Assembly: GCA_035635475.1 (NCBI GenBank)
Contig: DASQAZ010000055.1
Location: forward strand, 9,035 to 73,034
DNA length: 64,000 nucleotides
Direction of reading: 5' to 3'
From: Bacteroidota bacterium
GTDB taxonomy: Bacteria > Bacteroidota > Ignavibacteria > UBA10030 > SZUA-254
Part shown: piece by piece, positions 34,664 through 44,775 of the stretch
How the letters are laid out: every line of letters starts with the position of its first letter
Position numbering within the stretch: the stretch's first letter is position 1
Position numbers and translations under genes: made by a program
Notes under the pieces: generated by a model
The model's input: the letters and a program-made list of their open reading frames with translations, nothing else
What the model was told of the DNA's origin: nothing
Database searches by the model: none

Positions 34664-35137
34664 ATGCGACACCGCAAATCGGGAAGAAAACTCGGAGTTA
34701 CCGCAAGCCACCGCAAGGCGATGCTCAATGCGCTTTGCAGCGCGTTGATCCGGCACAAGAAGATTCAGACCACGACGGCGAAGGCCAAGGAGGCGCGGAT
34801 GGTTGTTGAGAAGCTCCTCACGCGGGCGAAGAATGCGGTTGCGGCGGAGACCAAGGGAAAGGATATCCATGCCCGCCGGCAGGTTGCCCGGATGATCCAT
34901 GACCGGGACGACGTCCGGGAGCTTTTCACCGAGATCGCGCCGAAAATTGCCTCTCGGCCCGGTGGATACACCCGCGTGGTGAAGCTCGGCCGGAGGTTCG
35001 GTGACGGCGCAGAAATCGCCGTGCTGGAACTCGTCGATTACAATACCGGAGAAGCGCCCGCGAAAAAAGCCAAGGCGAAGAAAGAATCCAAAAAGAAGAA
35101 GGGGGAAGAGGCCGCTAAAAGCGCCAAGCCCGGGTAA
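34664..35137 (+). CDS. rplQ: 50S ribosomal protein L17 with Lys/Ala-rich C-terminal tail
   Basis: 157 aa. MRHRKSGRKLGVTASHRKAML. The tail starts at about residue 127. Confidence 0.96.
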   Translation: MRHRKSGRKLGVTASHRKAMLNALCSALIRHKKIQTTTAKAKEARMVVEKLLTRAKNAVAAETKGKDIHARRQVARMIHDRDDVRELFTEIAPKIASRPGGYTRVVKLGRRFGDGAEIAVLELVDYNTGEAPAKKAKAKKESKKKKGEEAAKSAKPG

Positions 35138-35168
35138 GCCCCTAGGACGGAGATATACACTGAAACGA

Positions 35169-35201
35169 GGGTTCCGGATCACGCGGAGCCCTTTTCTGTT
35201 T
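35169..35201 (+). terminator. intrinsic terminator after rplQ
   Basis: GGGTTCCG (35169-35176), 7-nt loop, CGGAGCCC (35184-35191): 8 bp including one G-U. Followed by TTTTCTGTTT. Confidence 0.6.
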
Positions 35202-35222
35202 CTAGGACGGGTTATCGGTTTA

Positions 35223-35251
35223 TTGATTCTCCACGGTGAAATCCGTATTTT
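35223..35251 (+). promoter_or_regulatory. sigma70-type promoter for leuS and the downstream cluster
   Basis: TTGATT (35223-35228), 17-nt spacer, TATTTT (35246-35251), 20 nt before the leuS ATG. Confidence 0.5.
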
Positions 35252-35271
35252 AATTACAAAATTGGGGTACG

Positions 35272-37791
35272 ATGTATCCATTCAGAGAGATTGAACCCAA
35301 GTGGCAGAGAATCTGGGATGAGCGGGGGACCTTTACGGTTCGTGAAAGCGCCTCGAAACAGAAGCTCTACATCCTCGATATGTTTCCCTACCCTTCCGGG
35401 GCGGGACTGCACGTCGGGCACCCCGAAGGATATACTGCGACAGACATCTACTCCCGCTACAAGAGAATGAAGGGGTTCAATGTCCTGCATCCGATGGGGT
35501 GGGATGCGTTCGGCCTTCCCGCGGAGCGGTATGCGATGCAGACAGGTATCCACCCCAGCATCACGACCAAGCAGAATATCGCGACGTTTAAGCGCCAGAT
35601 CAAAATGCTGGGCCTCTCCTACGACTGGACGCGCGAGATCAATACGACGGACCCCGCCTACTACAAGTGGACGCAGTGGATTTTTCTCAAGATCTTCAAC
35701 GCGTGGTATGATCGAAAACTCGACCGGGCGAGGCCGATCTCGGAGCTGCCGGTCCCTCCGGGGCTCACCGAATCCGCCCGTGAGGAGTACATTGATAGTC
35801 ATCGATTTGCCTACAGGGCCGAAATGCCCGTCAACTGGTCGCAAGAACTCGGTACAGTCCTGGCGAACGAAGAGGTGGAAGAATGGGTCGAGAAGGGCTA
35901 TACCGTCGAACGGCGCCTGATGCGCCAGTGGATGCTCCGGATCACTGCTTATGCCGAACGGCTGGAGCATGACCTGAAGGATCTGGACTGGCCCCCCGGG
36001 ATCATAGAGATGCAGCGGAACTGGATCGGCCGATCCGAGGGAGTAGAGATCGATTTCAAAATAAAGGGGCTGGACACGCCTATCAGGGTGTTTACGACGA
36101 GACCCGATACGGTATTCGGAGCATCCTACCTGGTTCTTGCTCCGGAGCATCCTATGGTCGATAAAGTCACAACACGGGAGCAGCAGTCCCTCGTCGAACA
36201 ATACCGCAAAGTCACAGGTCAAAAGAGCGACCTGGAGCGCACCGCGCTCGAGAAGGAAAAGACAGGCGTCGTTACGGGCGGGTACGCCATCAATCCTGCC
36301 ACGAACAAACCTATTCCCATCTGGATTGCCGACTATGTCCTGTCGACGTACGGGACGGGGGCGATCATGGCCGTGCCGGGCCATGACGAACGAGACTTCG
36401 AATTTGCCCGGAAATATGAACTTCCGATTCTCGAAGTGGTTGCCGGCGGAGACAATTCCAAGGCTGCCTCCACCGGCGACGGCATCGCTGTGAATTCCGC
36501 CAATGCCTCCATCTCCCTGAACGGCCACCCCACATCCGAGGCAAAAAAACTGATCGTGGAATGGCTCGAACGAAATGGGCTCGGCAAGCGGGCGGTGAAT
36601 TATAAGCTGCGCGATTGGCTTTTCTCGCGTCAACGGTACTGGGGAGAGCCGTTTCCGCTCATCTATCTCGAGGACGGGAGAGTCACGGACCTGCCGGAAT
36701 CGGAGCTGCCTGTTCTGCTCCCCGGATTACCTTCCTTTCAACCAGGGAAGGGCGGGGAATCGCCGCTCGCCTCGGTCGAATCCTGGGTCAAGACGACCGA
36801 CCCGAGAACCGGAAAGCCCGCGCGGCGTGAAACGCATACAATGCCCCAGTGGGCCGGTTCGTGCTGGTACTACCTGCGGTATCTCGACCCTAAGAACGAG
36901 CAAAAGTTTGTTTCGCCGGAGAAGGACCGCTACTGGATGCCGGTCGATCTTTACGTCGGGGGAGCGGAACACGCCGTTCTGCACCTGCTCTACGCTCGGT
37001 TCTGGCACAAGGTTCTCTTCGATCTGGGGTACCTCTCCACCTCCGAGCCTTTCAGAAAACTTGTGAATCAGGGGACCATTCTCGGGGAAGACGGGCATAA
37101 GATGTCGAAGTCGCTCAATAATGTTGTCAACCCCGACGAGGTCGTCGCCAGCTATGGCGCTGATTCGCTCCGGCTGTTCGAGATGTTCATGGGTCCCCTC
37201 GTCGATTCGAAACCCTGGTCGACTCGCGGCGTCGAGGGAGTCCATCGCTTCCTCAACCGGGTGTGGCGAATGACCGTCGATGAGGCCGGCGGACTGCACC
37301 CTTCGATCCGCGAGGCAGCACTAACCGCCGGGCAGGAAAAGCTGCTCCATCAGACGATCAAGAAGGTAACCGGGGACATCGAGGGGCTCAATTTCAACAC
37401 CGCCATCTCGCAGCTGATGATCTTCGTGAATGAGTTCCTCAACGCGGAAGTCAAGCCGCGAAAGGCAATGGAGAGCTTTGTGCTGCTGGTGGCCCCCTTC
37501 GCGCCGCATATCGCGGAAGAACTCTGGGAAAAACTCGGTCACACCGAAACACTTGCCTACGCGGACTGGCCGGTCCACGATGCATCCAAGATCGCCGAGG
37601 ACATGGTGGAGATGGTCATCCAGGTGAACGGCAAGGTGCGATCGAAAATTCCCGTGCCGGTCGACACCGACGAGGAGGTTTTGAAAAAAATCGTATTGGA
37701 AGACGCAAATGTGAAGCGCCATCTCGACGGGAAGAAAATTGTCAGGATTGTCATTGTGAAGAACAAGCTGGTCAGCCTGGTGGTGCAGTAA
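35272..37791 (+). CDS. leuS: leucyl-tRNA synthetase
   Basis: 839 aa. [18 protein letters not shown] (HIGH), HKMSKSLNN (KMSKS). Confidence 0.98.
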   Translation: MYPFREIEPKWQRIWDERGTFTVRESASKQKLYILDMFPYPSGAGLHVGHPEGYTATDIYSRYKRMKGFNVLHPMGWDAFGLPAERYAMQTGIHPSITTKQNIATFKRQIKMLGLSYDWTREINTTDPAYYKWTQWIFLKIFNAWYDRKLDRARPISELPVPPGLTESAREEYIDSHRFAYRAEMPVNWSQELGTVLANEEVEEWVEKGYTVERRLMRQWMLRITAYAERLEHDLKDLDWPPGIIEMQRNWIGRSEGVEIDFKIKGLDTPIRVFTTRPDTVFGASYLVLAPEHPMVDKVTTREQQSLVEQYRKVTGQKSDLERTALEKEKTGVVTGGYAINPATNKPIPIWIADYVLSTYGTGAIMAVPGHDERDFEFARKYELPILEVVAGGDNSKAASTGDGIAVNSANASISLNGHPTSEAKKLIVEWLERNGLGKRAVNYKLRDWLFSRQRYWGEPFPLIYLEDGRVTDLPESELPVLLPGLPSFQPGKGGESPLASVESWVKTTDPRTGKPARRETHTMPQWAGSCWYYLRYLDPKNEQKFVSPEKDRYWMPVDLYVGGAEHAVLHLLYARFWHKVLFDLGYLSTSEPFRKLVNQGTILGEDGHKMSKSLNNVVNPDEVVASYGADSLRLFEMFMGPLVDSKPWSTRGVEGVHRFLNRVWRMTVDEAGGLHPSIREAALTAGQEKLLHQTIKKVTGDIEGLNFNTAISQLMIFVNEFLNAEVKPRKAMESFVLLVAPFAPHIAEELWEKLGHTETLAYADWPVHDASKIAEDMVEMVIQVNGKVRSKIPVPVDTDEEVLKKIVLEDANVKRHLDGKKIVRIVIVKNKLVSLVVQ

Positions 37792-37795
37792 CAGG

Positions 37796-38614
37796 ATGGA
37801 CAGATTATCGGTCGTCGTTATTACGCTGGACGAGGAGAAAAACATCGAGCGGTGCCTCCAAAGCATCCGGTGGGCGGATGAAATCATCGTTGTCGACTCC
37901 TTCAGCCGTGATCGTACCGTCGAGCTGGCGAGGAAGTACACCGATTCGATTATCGAGCACGAGTACGACGGAGACATCCCTCAGCGGGAGCGGGGCTTTG
38001 CGACGGCCACGGGAGAGTGGCTCTTGTACGTCGATGCCGACGAGGAGGTGTCGGACGACCTCCAGAAAGAAATTCTCGGGATTCTGTCGTCCCGCGACAC
38101 AAGGGACGGGTATGAGATCCCGCGCAAGGTGTTCATGTTCGGATCGTGGGTGAAGCACGGCGGCTGGTACCCCGATTACACCTTTCGCCTCTTCAGGCGC
38201 GACCGGTATCGCGCAGTGCCGGCCGAGGTGCACGGAGGATTTACCGTGGACGGAGTGCCGGGGCGGCTCTCGGGGCTCTTGAACCATTACACATACGATT
38301 CGATCGCCCATTATCTCTCGAAAATGAACGACTATACATCCCTTCAAATCTCCGGCAAGATTGGCGGCGGGCGGCGGCGTTCTGTCGGCGCTCAACGATT
38401 AATCCTGAGCCCTTTGTCCCATTTCTTGAGAAAGTATATTTCTAATAAAGGGTACCGGGACGGCTTCCGCGGCTTCCTGCTTGCCGCGCTCGGTTCGATT
38501 TACACATTGGCGCTGTACGCGAAGCTCTGGGAATACGATTTTCGTGAGCACGAGGGGAGGGGCGTGAGACCCCCGATCACAAACCTCGAACTCCGGCGGC
38601 TCAAGCGTCTGTGA
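37796..38614 (+). CDS. family 2 glycosyltransferase (KdtX/WaaE-like)
   Basis: 272 aa. LSVVVITLDEEKNIERCLQSIRWADEIIVVDSFSRDRT, YVDADEEV (DxD). Confidence 0.85.
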   Translation: MDRLSVVVITLDEEKNIERCLQSIRWADEIIVVDSFSRDRTVELARKYTDSIIEHEYDGDIPQRERGFATATGEWLLYVDADEEVSDDLQKEILGILSSRDTRDGYEIPRKVFMFGSWVKHGGWYPDYTFRLFRRDRYRAVPAEVHGGFTVDGVPGRLSGLLNHYTYDSIAHYLSKMNDYTSLQISGKIGGGRRRSVGAQRLILSPLSHFLRKYISNKGYRDGFRGFLLAALGSIYTLALYAKLWEYDFREHEGRGVRPPITNLELRRLKRL

Positions 38615-38630
38615 GCTACCCGGAGCATCT

Positions 38631-39464
38631 GTGAAGAAATCGCTTTCATTAATAGTTGCGGTTTACGGCGCCGTTCGCTACCTGGAATTTGTGTTTGCGG
38701 CGCTCCGGCGGCAATCCCTGCAGGATTTTGAAGTCATAATCGCCGATGACGGCTCGGGTGCGGAGATGAAGGAGATGATCGAGCGAACGCGCGCCCTCGC
38801 GCCATTTCAGATCAGACATCTCTGGCAGGAAGACGAGGGATTTCGAAAAAACGTCATGCTCAACAGGGCGATCGAAGCGGCGCAGACTGATTACCTCGTT
38901 TTCATCGACGGGGATTGCGTCCCGCACCGGGAGTTTCTTCACGACCACTGGACGAACAGGGGAGACTCGGCCGTCCTCTGCGGACGGCGGGTGAACTTCA
39001 GCCGGCAGATCACCGACCGGCTGACGGTTGATGACATCGCCTCCGGCGGAATCGAGAAGCTCAGCCCGCGCCTTTTGATCGACGGGCTGCTCGCCCGGAG
39101 CAGCAATCTCGAAGATGCCGTGCGAATCGAGAACTCCTTCCTTCGCCGCCTGCTTCACCGGGACAAAGCCCGGATCCTTGGATGCAATTTCTCGATCGAA
39201 CGGAGACTCCTCGAACGGGTGAACGGATTCGATGAGGAATACCGCGCGCCGGGATTGGGCGAGGACTCGGATATCGCATTCCGGCTGAGTCTCGTCGGCG
39301 CCAGGTTCCGCACGCTCCGCTATCTGGCCGTCCTCTACCACCTTTATCATCCTCCGACCAGCGTGGGACCGGAAAACGTTCGCCTCTATGAACGGGCAGT
39401 GCGGTCGAATAATCCGGTCTGCGCCAACGGACTTCGGAAGCTCGAACAGATGTCTCCCCGGTGA
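38631..39464 (+). CDS. family 2 glycosyltransferase (galactosyltransferase-like C-terminal region)
   Basis: 277 aa, GTG start. FEVIIADDGSG, LVFIDGDCVP, GFDEEYRAPGLGEDSDIAFRL. Confidence 0.85.
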   Translation: MKKSLSLIVAVYGAVRYLEFVFAALRRQSLQDFEVIIADDGSGAEMKEMIERTRALAPFQIRHLWQEDEGFRKNVMLNRAIEAAQTDYLVFIDGDCVPHREFLHDHWTNRGDSAVLCGRRVNFSRQITDRLTVDDIASGGIEKLSPRLLIDGLLARSSNLEDAVRIENSFLRRLLHRDKARILGCNFSIERRLLERVNGFDEEYRAPGLGEDSDIAFRLSLVGARFRTLRYLAVLYHLYHPPTSVGPENVRLYERAVRSNNPVCANGLRKLEQMSPR

Positions 39465-39468
39465 CAAG

Positions 39469-41313
39469 GTGACAAACTTTCGGACATACTTACGAATTGT
39501 GCGCTTCGCGAGACCCTACTGGAAACATATTGCGGTCTCGATCGTTTGCACCATCTTCTATTCTCTCACGAGCGGCGCGTCTATTTCACTGTTCATGCCC
39601 CTTCTCGATATCCTGTTCCATCCGCCGGGGAACGGACAGACCCCGATGGCCCCGACGCCGGCACTGCCAGCCTTTCTAACCGGATTGTTCGGCGGTCTCG
39701 AAGCTGCGTTTCTGAAGTTCGTTTTCAGCGGCTCGCAAATGGATATCCTGTATAGAATCTGCGTGATGATCGTGATCGCCTTTCTCCTGAAGAACTTCTT
39801 CGGGTATATGCAGTCGTACCTGATGAACTACGCCGAGGAAGGGGTCATCAAGGACCTGAGAAATGCGCTCTATCGCCATTTGCATGATCTTCCCCTCGCC
39901 TATTTCACCAATGAACGGACCGGAGAACTCATCTCGCGAATGATCAATGATGTTTCGATTCTGAACGGAGGCATCAGCGCGCTTTTTGTGACGATGGTCC
40001 GTGAGCCGCTGCTCATCATCGTCTTCCTGAGCATGGCGCTCGCCATCAGCTGGAAGCTAACGCTCATCTCGTTGCTCGTCTTCCCCTTCTCTCTTTCGAT
40101 CATCAGCTGGATCGCGATCCGGCTCCATCGTGAGCGCAGCGTTTCGCAGGAGCGCCTGGCTGACATCACGTCTGTTCTGCAAGAGACGATCTCGGGGGTC
40201 AAAGTCGTAAAGGCCTTCGGGATGGAGGAATTCGAGAGTGCAAAGTTCAGCCGCACAACGCGGCAATATTTTTCCTCCCTGATCCGGATTACCCGGATCA
40301 GGGATCTCGCATCGCCCACCACCGAGATTCTGAGCGTCGCGGCGGGGGCCGTTATCATTTGGTACGGCGGCCGGCAAATCCTGATCGAACACACGTTGAA
40401 CGCAAGCGGGTTTCTTACATTTTTATTTATAATTTTTCAAATCATGCCGCCCGTCAAGGAATTAACGAACGTGAACAATCGCATCCAGGAAGCGAGCGCG
40501 GCCGCCAAGCGGATCTTCGAGATTCTCGATAAGAAACCGTCGATTAAAAGCGCCGATGGCGCACGAAAGCTCGATGAATTCTCACAGGGGATCGAATTCC
40601 GGGATGTCTCGTTTTCATACGACGGCGAAGACCGGGTCCTTTCCGGCATCAATCTCACGATTCAAAAAGGAGAGGTGGTTGCGATCGTCGGCCCGAGCGG
40701 CACAGGGAAGACGACGCTTGTTGACCTTGTCCCGCGTTTTTACGATCCCACCGGCGGCGCGCTCATGATCGACGGCATGGATCTGCGGAAGATCGACCTG
40801 AAATCTCTGCGCCAAAAAATAGGGATCGTGACGCAGGAAACGATTTTATTCAACGACTCGGTGCGGAACAACATCGCGTACGGCCTGGAAGACTGCCCGA
40901 TGGAAGAGATCGTCAAGGCAGCAAAGGCGGCGAATTCTCACGACTTCATCATGGCGATGCCCCAGGGTTACGAAAGCATGATCGGCGAACGGGGGGTGAA
41001 GCTCTCGGGAGGCGAGCGCCAGCGGTTATCCCTTGCGCGGGCCATTCTGAAAAACCCGCCCATATTGATCCTGGACGAAGCAACCTCCGCGCTTGATACG
41101 GAAGCGGAAATCCTGGTTCAGGAGGCGATCGATCATCTGATGTCAGGCAGAACCTCCGTTGTCATCGCGCACCGGCTCTCCACCATCCAACACGCCCACC
41201 GCATTGTCGTGCTCGACAGGGGCCGCATCGTCGAGATGGGCAGGCACAGCGAATTGATCGCAAACGCTGCCGGTTTGTACAGAAAATTGTACGACTTACA
41301 GTTCCGGGTTTGA
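39469..41313 (+). CDS. MsbA-like ABC exporter (fused permease and ATPase)
   Basis: Track ORF 39388-41313. The GTG at 39469, 5 nt after the upstream stop, is the preferred start. 6-TM domain, GPSGTGKTT (Walker A), LSGGERQR, ILILDEATSALD. Confidence 0.88.
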   Translation: MTNFRTYLRIVRFARPYWKHIAVSIVCTIFYSLTSGASISLFMPLLDILFHPPGNGQTPMAPTPALPAFLTGLFGGLEAAFLKFVFSGSQMDILYRICVMIVIAFLLKNFFGYMQSYLMNYAEEGVIKDLRNALYRHLHDLPLAYFTNERTGELISRMINDVSILNGGISALFVTMVREPLLIIVFLSMALAISWKLTLISLLVFPFSLSIISWIAIRLHRERSVSQERLADITSVLQETISGVKVVKAFGMEEFESAKFSRTTRQYFSSLIRITRIRDLASPTTEILSVAAGAVIIWYGGRQILIEHTLNASGFLTFLFIIFQIMPPVKELTNVNNRIQEASAAAKRIFEILDKKPSIKSADGARKLDEFSQGIEFRDVSFSYDGEDRVLSGINLTIQKGEVVAIVGPSGTGKTTLVDLVPRFYDPTGGALMIDGMDLRKIDLKSLRQKIGIVTQETILFNDSVRNNIAYGLEDCPMEEIVKAAKAANSHDFIMAMPQGYESMIGERGVKLSGGERQRLSLARAILKNPPILILDEATSALDTEAEILVQEAIDHLMSGRTSVVIAHRLSTIQHAHRIVVLDRGRIVEMGRHSELIANAAGLYRKLYDLQFRV

Positions 41314-42515
41314 TGAAGCTCGCCTCACTTCGCGGCGGCCGGGGCCGCGGCGTCATCCTGCGAGCGATCTATTGTTTGACGTTGCTGGCGGTTGTGTCGG
41401 TTACATTCTCCGTTTTTCTCTCTTCTGTGGCGATGGGGACCGCCATCGCGCTGTGGCTGGGCCTTCTGATCGCAGGGGGCAAAGAGGCATTTCCCGCTAC
41501 ACCCCTTGATCGGTACTTCCTGTTTTACCTTTCAGCGGAGGCGCTGGCAACGATATTCTCCGTCGAACCGGCGGCCTCTCTGGTGAACATGAAACGGTTC
41601 TTTCTCATTTCATTCATCTATCTGTGCTTGCTCGCAATGACCGGCCGCCGGCGTCTGCGAAGCGCGGTCGTCGCCCTCGTCTTCGTTGCGGCGGGCTTAT
41701 CATGCGTCGAAATCTTCACTCTGACCTCCGTTGGAGGACATTACGCGCGGCTCTCCCTGTTCCAGCACTCCCTCACGGAAGGCGGCATCAAGCTGATGGT
41801 GCTTCTGCTCATCCTCCCGTTCATGATTCGTTCCGACGCGCCGCGGGCCTGGAGGCTGGGTGCGGCGGTTGCGGGGATTCCTTTATTCGTCGGCCTCATT
41901 CTGACCCAAAGCAGAAGTTCGTGGCTCGGCCTCGTCGGCGGCATGGTTACGATCGGGATCGTTCAAAACAGAAAAATAATTATTCTGCTGGTCCTGCTGA
42001 TCGTGTTGTTCGTCCTCTTTGCCCCGGCGGATTTCCAGTCGAGAGCCCTGAGCATCCTCGATCCAGCCATGCACTCCAACCTGAGCCGGATTCACATGAT
42101 TACGACGGGATGGAAAATGTTTCTGGACCGCCCGGTCTTTGGCGTCGGTGATATCGATTTGAAGCGAATCTATGTGACGTATATAACGCCGATCGAGGAG
42201 GGCGAGGGTGGACACCTTCACAACAATCTGATGATGCTTCTCGTAACGCTGGGGATCGTGGGCGCAGTGGCGACCGCCGCACTTTTCGTTCAGATTTTTC
42301 TTGTCGAGCTCCGCTCTGTGCGCGAAACGCGGCACGACTGGATGCTGGGAAGCCTGACGATCGGGAGCCTGGCGGCCTACGTCGGGTTTCATATTAACGG
42401 CCTGTTCGAATGGAATTTCGGGGACCATGAGATCGCCGTCCTGCTCTGGTTTACCGTCGGTGCGGCGCTTGTCGCTCGAAAGATCGCGGCGGAGCCCGGG
42501 GAGTTGGCCTCCTGA
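41313..42515 (+). CDS. O-antigen ligase (Wzy_C) family membrane protein
   Basis: About 400 aa, polytopic. LILTQSRSSWLGLVGG and a GEGGHLHNNLMMLLVTLG periplasmic-loop-type motif. ATG shares 1 nt with the upstream TGA. Confidence 0.75.
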   Translation: MKLASLRGGRGRGVILRAIYCLTLLAVVSVTFSVFLSSVAMGTAIALWLGLLIAGGKEAFPATPLDRYFLFYLSAEALATIFSVEPAASLVNMKRFFLISFIYLCLLAMTGRRRLRSAVVALVFVAAGLSCVEIFTLTSVGGHYARLSLFQHSLTEGGIKLMVLLLILPFMIRSDAPRAWRLGAAVAGIPLFVGLILTQSRSSWLGLVGGMVTIGIVQNRKIIILLVLLIVLFVLFAPADFQSRALSILDPAMHSNLSRIHMITTGWKMFLDRPVFGVGDIDLKRIYVTYITPIEEGEGGHLHNNLMMLLVTLGIVGAVATAALFVQIFLVELRSVRETRHDWMLGSLTIGSLAAYVGFHINGLFEWNFGDHEIAVLLWFTVGAALVARKIAAEPGELAS

Positions 42516-42520
42516 ACGCG

Positions 42521-43300
42521 ATGCGCGTCCCGCTGTCGGTTATTATCATCACGCTCAACGAGGAGGAGCGGATCGTCGACTGCCTGAAAAGCGTGGAATG
42601 GGCTGACGACATCGTTGTGGTCGATGCGGGAAGCACTGATCGCACAGTGGAACTTGCGAAGCAGTATACGCAGAAGGTGCTCACCGGCAGGTGGATGGGG
42701 TTCCCGCAGGCAAAGACGTTTGCCCTTCAGCATGCGGCGAACGAGTGGGTCCTCTGGCTTGATGCAGATGAACGTGTTTCGTCCGATCTGGCCGGAGAGA
42801 TCCGGGAAATTCTTCAACGCAGGTCCTCACCGTACGCCGGCTTCGAAGTCGCAAGGCGGGCGTATTTCATCGCAAAATGGATCAAGCATTGTGGATGGTA
42901 CCCCGGTTACGTCGTGCGGCTCTTCCGTAAAGATGCGGGCGCCTTCACCGGGAGCCGCGTCCATGAGAAGCTGGAGATTCGCGGGGCCGTGGGTCGATTG
43001 CAGCACGATCTGCTCCATTTTACCGACGAGAATCTCTACCACTACTTCGGGAAGTTCAACACCTACACATCCCTGGCCGCGGAGGACGCCCGGGATGCGG
43101 CAAAGGCATTCTCCTACTACGATCTTCTCGTACGGCCTCCCTATCTGTTTTTCAAGATGTATATTCTTCGTAGAGGATTCCTCGACGGGATGCATGGCTT
43201 CACGCTCTCGCTGCTCTCCGCCGCCTATGTCTTCGTGAAGTATGCGAAGGTTTGGGAGCTCTCCTCGGCGGGCGGTACGAGCGCCGGGCGCGACCGATGA
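42521..43300 (+). CDS. family 2 glycosyltransferase (paralogue of 37796-38614)
   Basis: 259 aa. LSVIIITLNEEERIVDCLKSVEWADDIVVVDAGSTDRT, WLDADERV. Collinear similarity to the first GT2. Confidence 0.85.
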   Translation: MRVPLSVIIITLNEEERIVDCLKSVEWADDIVVVDAGSTDRTVELAKQYTQKVLTGRWMGFPQAKTFALQHAANEWVLWLDADERVSSDLAGEIREILQRRSSPYAGFEVARRAYFIAKWIKHCGWYPGYVVRLFRKDAGAFTGSRVHEKLEIRGAVGRLQHDLLHFTDENLYHYFGKFNTYTSLAAEDARDAAKAFSYYDLLVRPPYLFFKMYILRRGFLDGMHGFTLSLLSAAYVFVKYAKVWELSSAGGTSAGRDR

Positions 43301-44403
43301 CGCCGATCTGGTCGCTGGGCAAGGACTCGGCCGGGCGAGGGCTTATGCGCCTCCTGGAAGCAACACTGGGGCGTGAACCACTCTCACCGGATTCGTTCGA
43401 TCGGTCCACGATCAAATCGATTCTCGTCATCCGCCAGCACGATCAGCTGGGCGATTTTCTTCTTGCCACGCCTGCGCTGCGCGCAATGCGTGAACACTTT
43501 CCTGCGGCCAGGATCGCCCTCGTGGTCCGGGAATACTTTCAAGACGTCGCACGGATGCTGCCGTACGTCGATGAAGTCATAGTTTTCCGGGAACGTGCCT
43601 CCCGCTGGACGTGGGCGAACGGAAGCGCCTTCTATCGACATGTCCGCCGCGGATGGGATCTCACGGTCGTCTTGAACACGGTTAGCCATTCCTTGACAAG
43701 CGACGTGGTTGCGTCCATGTCCCGAGCACGGTATGTGCTCGGATCGGGAGCAAGGGTATTCGCAGGGTCCAGGCGGAATTTTTTTTACAACCTCATCGCG
43801 CCGGGCCCGGGCGGGGAGCGGCACCAGACTCTGCAGAACCTGGACATTCTTGAGTATATCGGGGTCGGCACGCGGGACTACTCCCCGCGGATCGAAGTGC
43901 CTGATTCCGGCGAGCGCGAAGCGCGTCGCGAACTCGAGGCCCTGGGGATCGTTCCTGGCCGGCGCGTCATTGGTTTTCACCTCGGCGCCGGGAAGGAACC
44001 CAACCGTTGGCCGGTAGCCCTGTTCGCAGAGCTGGCAATCCGGTTGAGCGGGTCCGGTGGCGCCCAACTTATTCTTTTTTGGGGGCCGAAGGAAGAAGAT
44101 CTGCACCGCCGATTTGTTGAGCGAGCGGGGGTCCGGAGCGTTGAGGTTGGACATCGGGAGTTAGGGAAGCTTGCCCCGTTATTCAAACGGTGCGACGCGC
44201 TTATCTGCAACGACACCGGCATCCTGCATCTTGCCGCGGCAGCGGGGGTACGGCTCGTCGCGATTTTTGGTCCGACGGATCCGGAAGAGTGGAAACCCCT
44301 GGGCGTCAGGATCGTTTGTGTCCGGCACCCGTCGCACCGGACGGAAGACGTGACGGTCGAGGTCGTCGCCGGGGCCCTGGAGGAGGTGCTCCGTTTTGAA
44401 TAG
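43297..44403 (+). CDS. family 9 glycosyltransferase (heptosyltransferase-like)
   Basis: Trimmed to ATG 43297 (ATGA overlap). ILVIRQHDQLGDFLLATPALRAMREHFP, ALICNDTGILHLAAAAGV. Confidence 0.85.
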   Translation: MTPIWSLGKDSAGRGLMRLLEATLGREPLSPDSFDRSTIKSILVIRQHDQLGDFLLATPALRAMREHFPAARIALVVREYFQDVARMLPYVDEVIVFRERASRWTWANGSAFYRHVRRGWDLTVVLNTVSHSLTSDVVASMSRARYVLGSGARVFAGSRRNFFYNLIAPGPGGERHQTLQNLDILEYIGVGTRDYSPRIEVPDSGEREARRELEALGIVPGRRVIGFHLGAGKEPNRWPVALFAELAIRLSGSGGAQLILFWGPKEEDLHRRFVERAGVRSVEVGHRELGKLAPLFKRCDALICNDTGILHLAAAAGVRLVAIFGPTDPEEWKPLGVRIVCVRHPSHRTEDVTVEVVAGALEEVLRFE

Positions 44404-44448
44404 ACCCGGACTTTCTTTACCTTTTGAAGATATTTGTCCCCGCGAACA

Positions 44449-44775
44449 ATGTCCAATGTAGAAAAAGACACGCTGCTGCTGACGCAACTCGTCCTCATGT
44501 TTCAGACAGCCGCCCTCCAAAACATGGGAAAACTGAAGAACCCCTTTACCGACCGGATCGAGAGAGATCTTTCGCAGGCGCAGATTTCGATTGATATGCT
44601 CGAGATGCTGCATTCGAAGATGAAGGGGAACCTGAGCTCCGACGAGGAAAGGATATATGGAGAAGTCCTTCGAGACCTCCGCCTGAACTATGTCGACGAG
44701 GCGACGAAAGCCCCTCCCGCGCCCCCGGAATCCGCTCCACCCGCCACCCCGCCGGAATCGCCCGAACGAAAATGA
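44449..44775 (+). CDS. DUF1844-like small protein
   Basis: LLTQLVLMFQTAALQNMGKLKNPFTDRIERDLSQAQISIDMLEML, Pro-rich C-terminus. ATG 44449 preferred over track TTG 44434. Confidence 0.6.
   Translation: MSNVEKDTLLLTQLVLMFQTAALQNMGKLKNPFTDRIERDLSQAQISIDMLEMLHSKMKGNLSSDEERIYGEVLRDLRLNYVDEATKAPPAPPESAPPATPPESPERK

Noticed and set aside
35145-35211. 9-nt direct repeat CTAGGACGG flanking the rplQ terminator
   Set aside because: A single short repeat pair, with no inverted-repeat termini or transposase nearby. Most likely chance.
35254-36633. 459-aa ORF antisense to leuS
   Set aside because: Same reasoning. leuS (HIGH/KMSKS) occupies the + strand, and the antisense translation has no recognisable domain.
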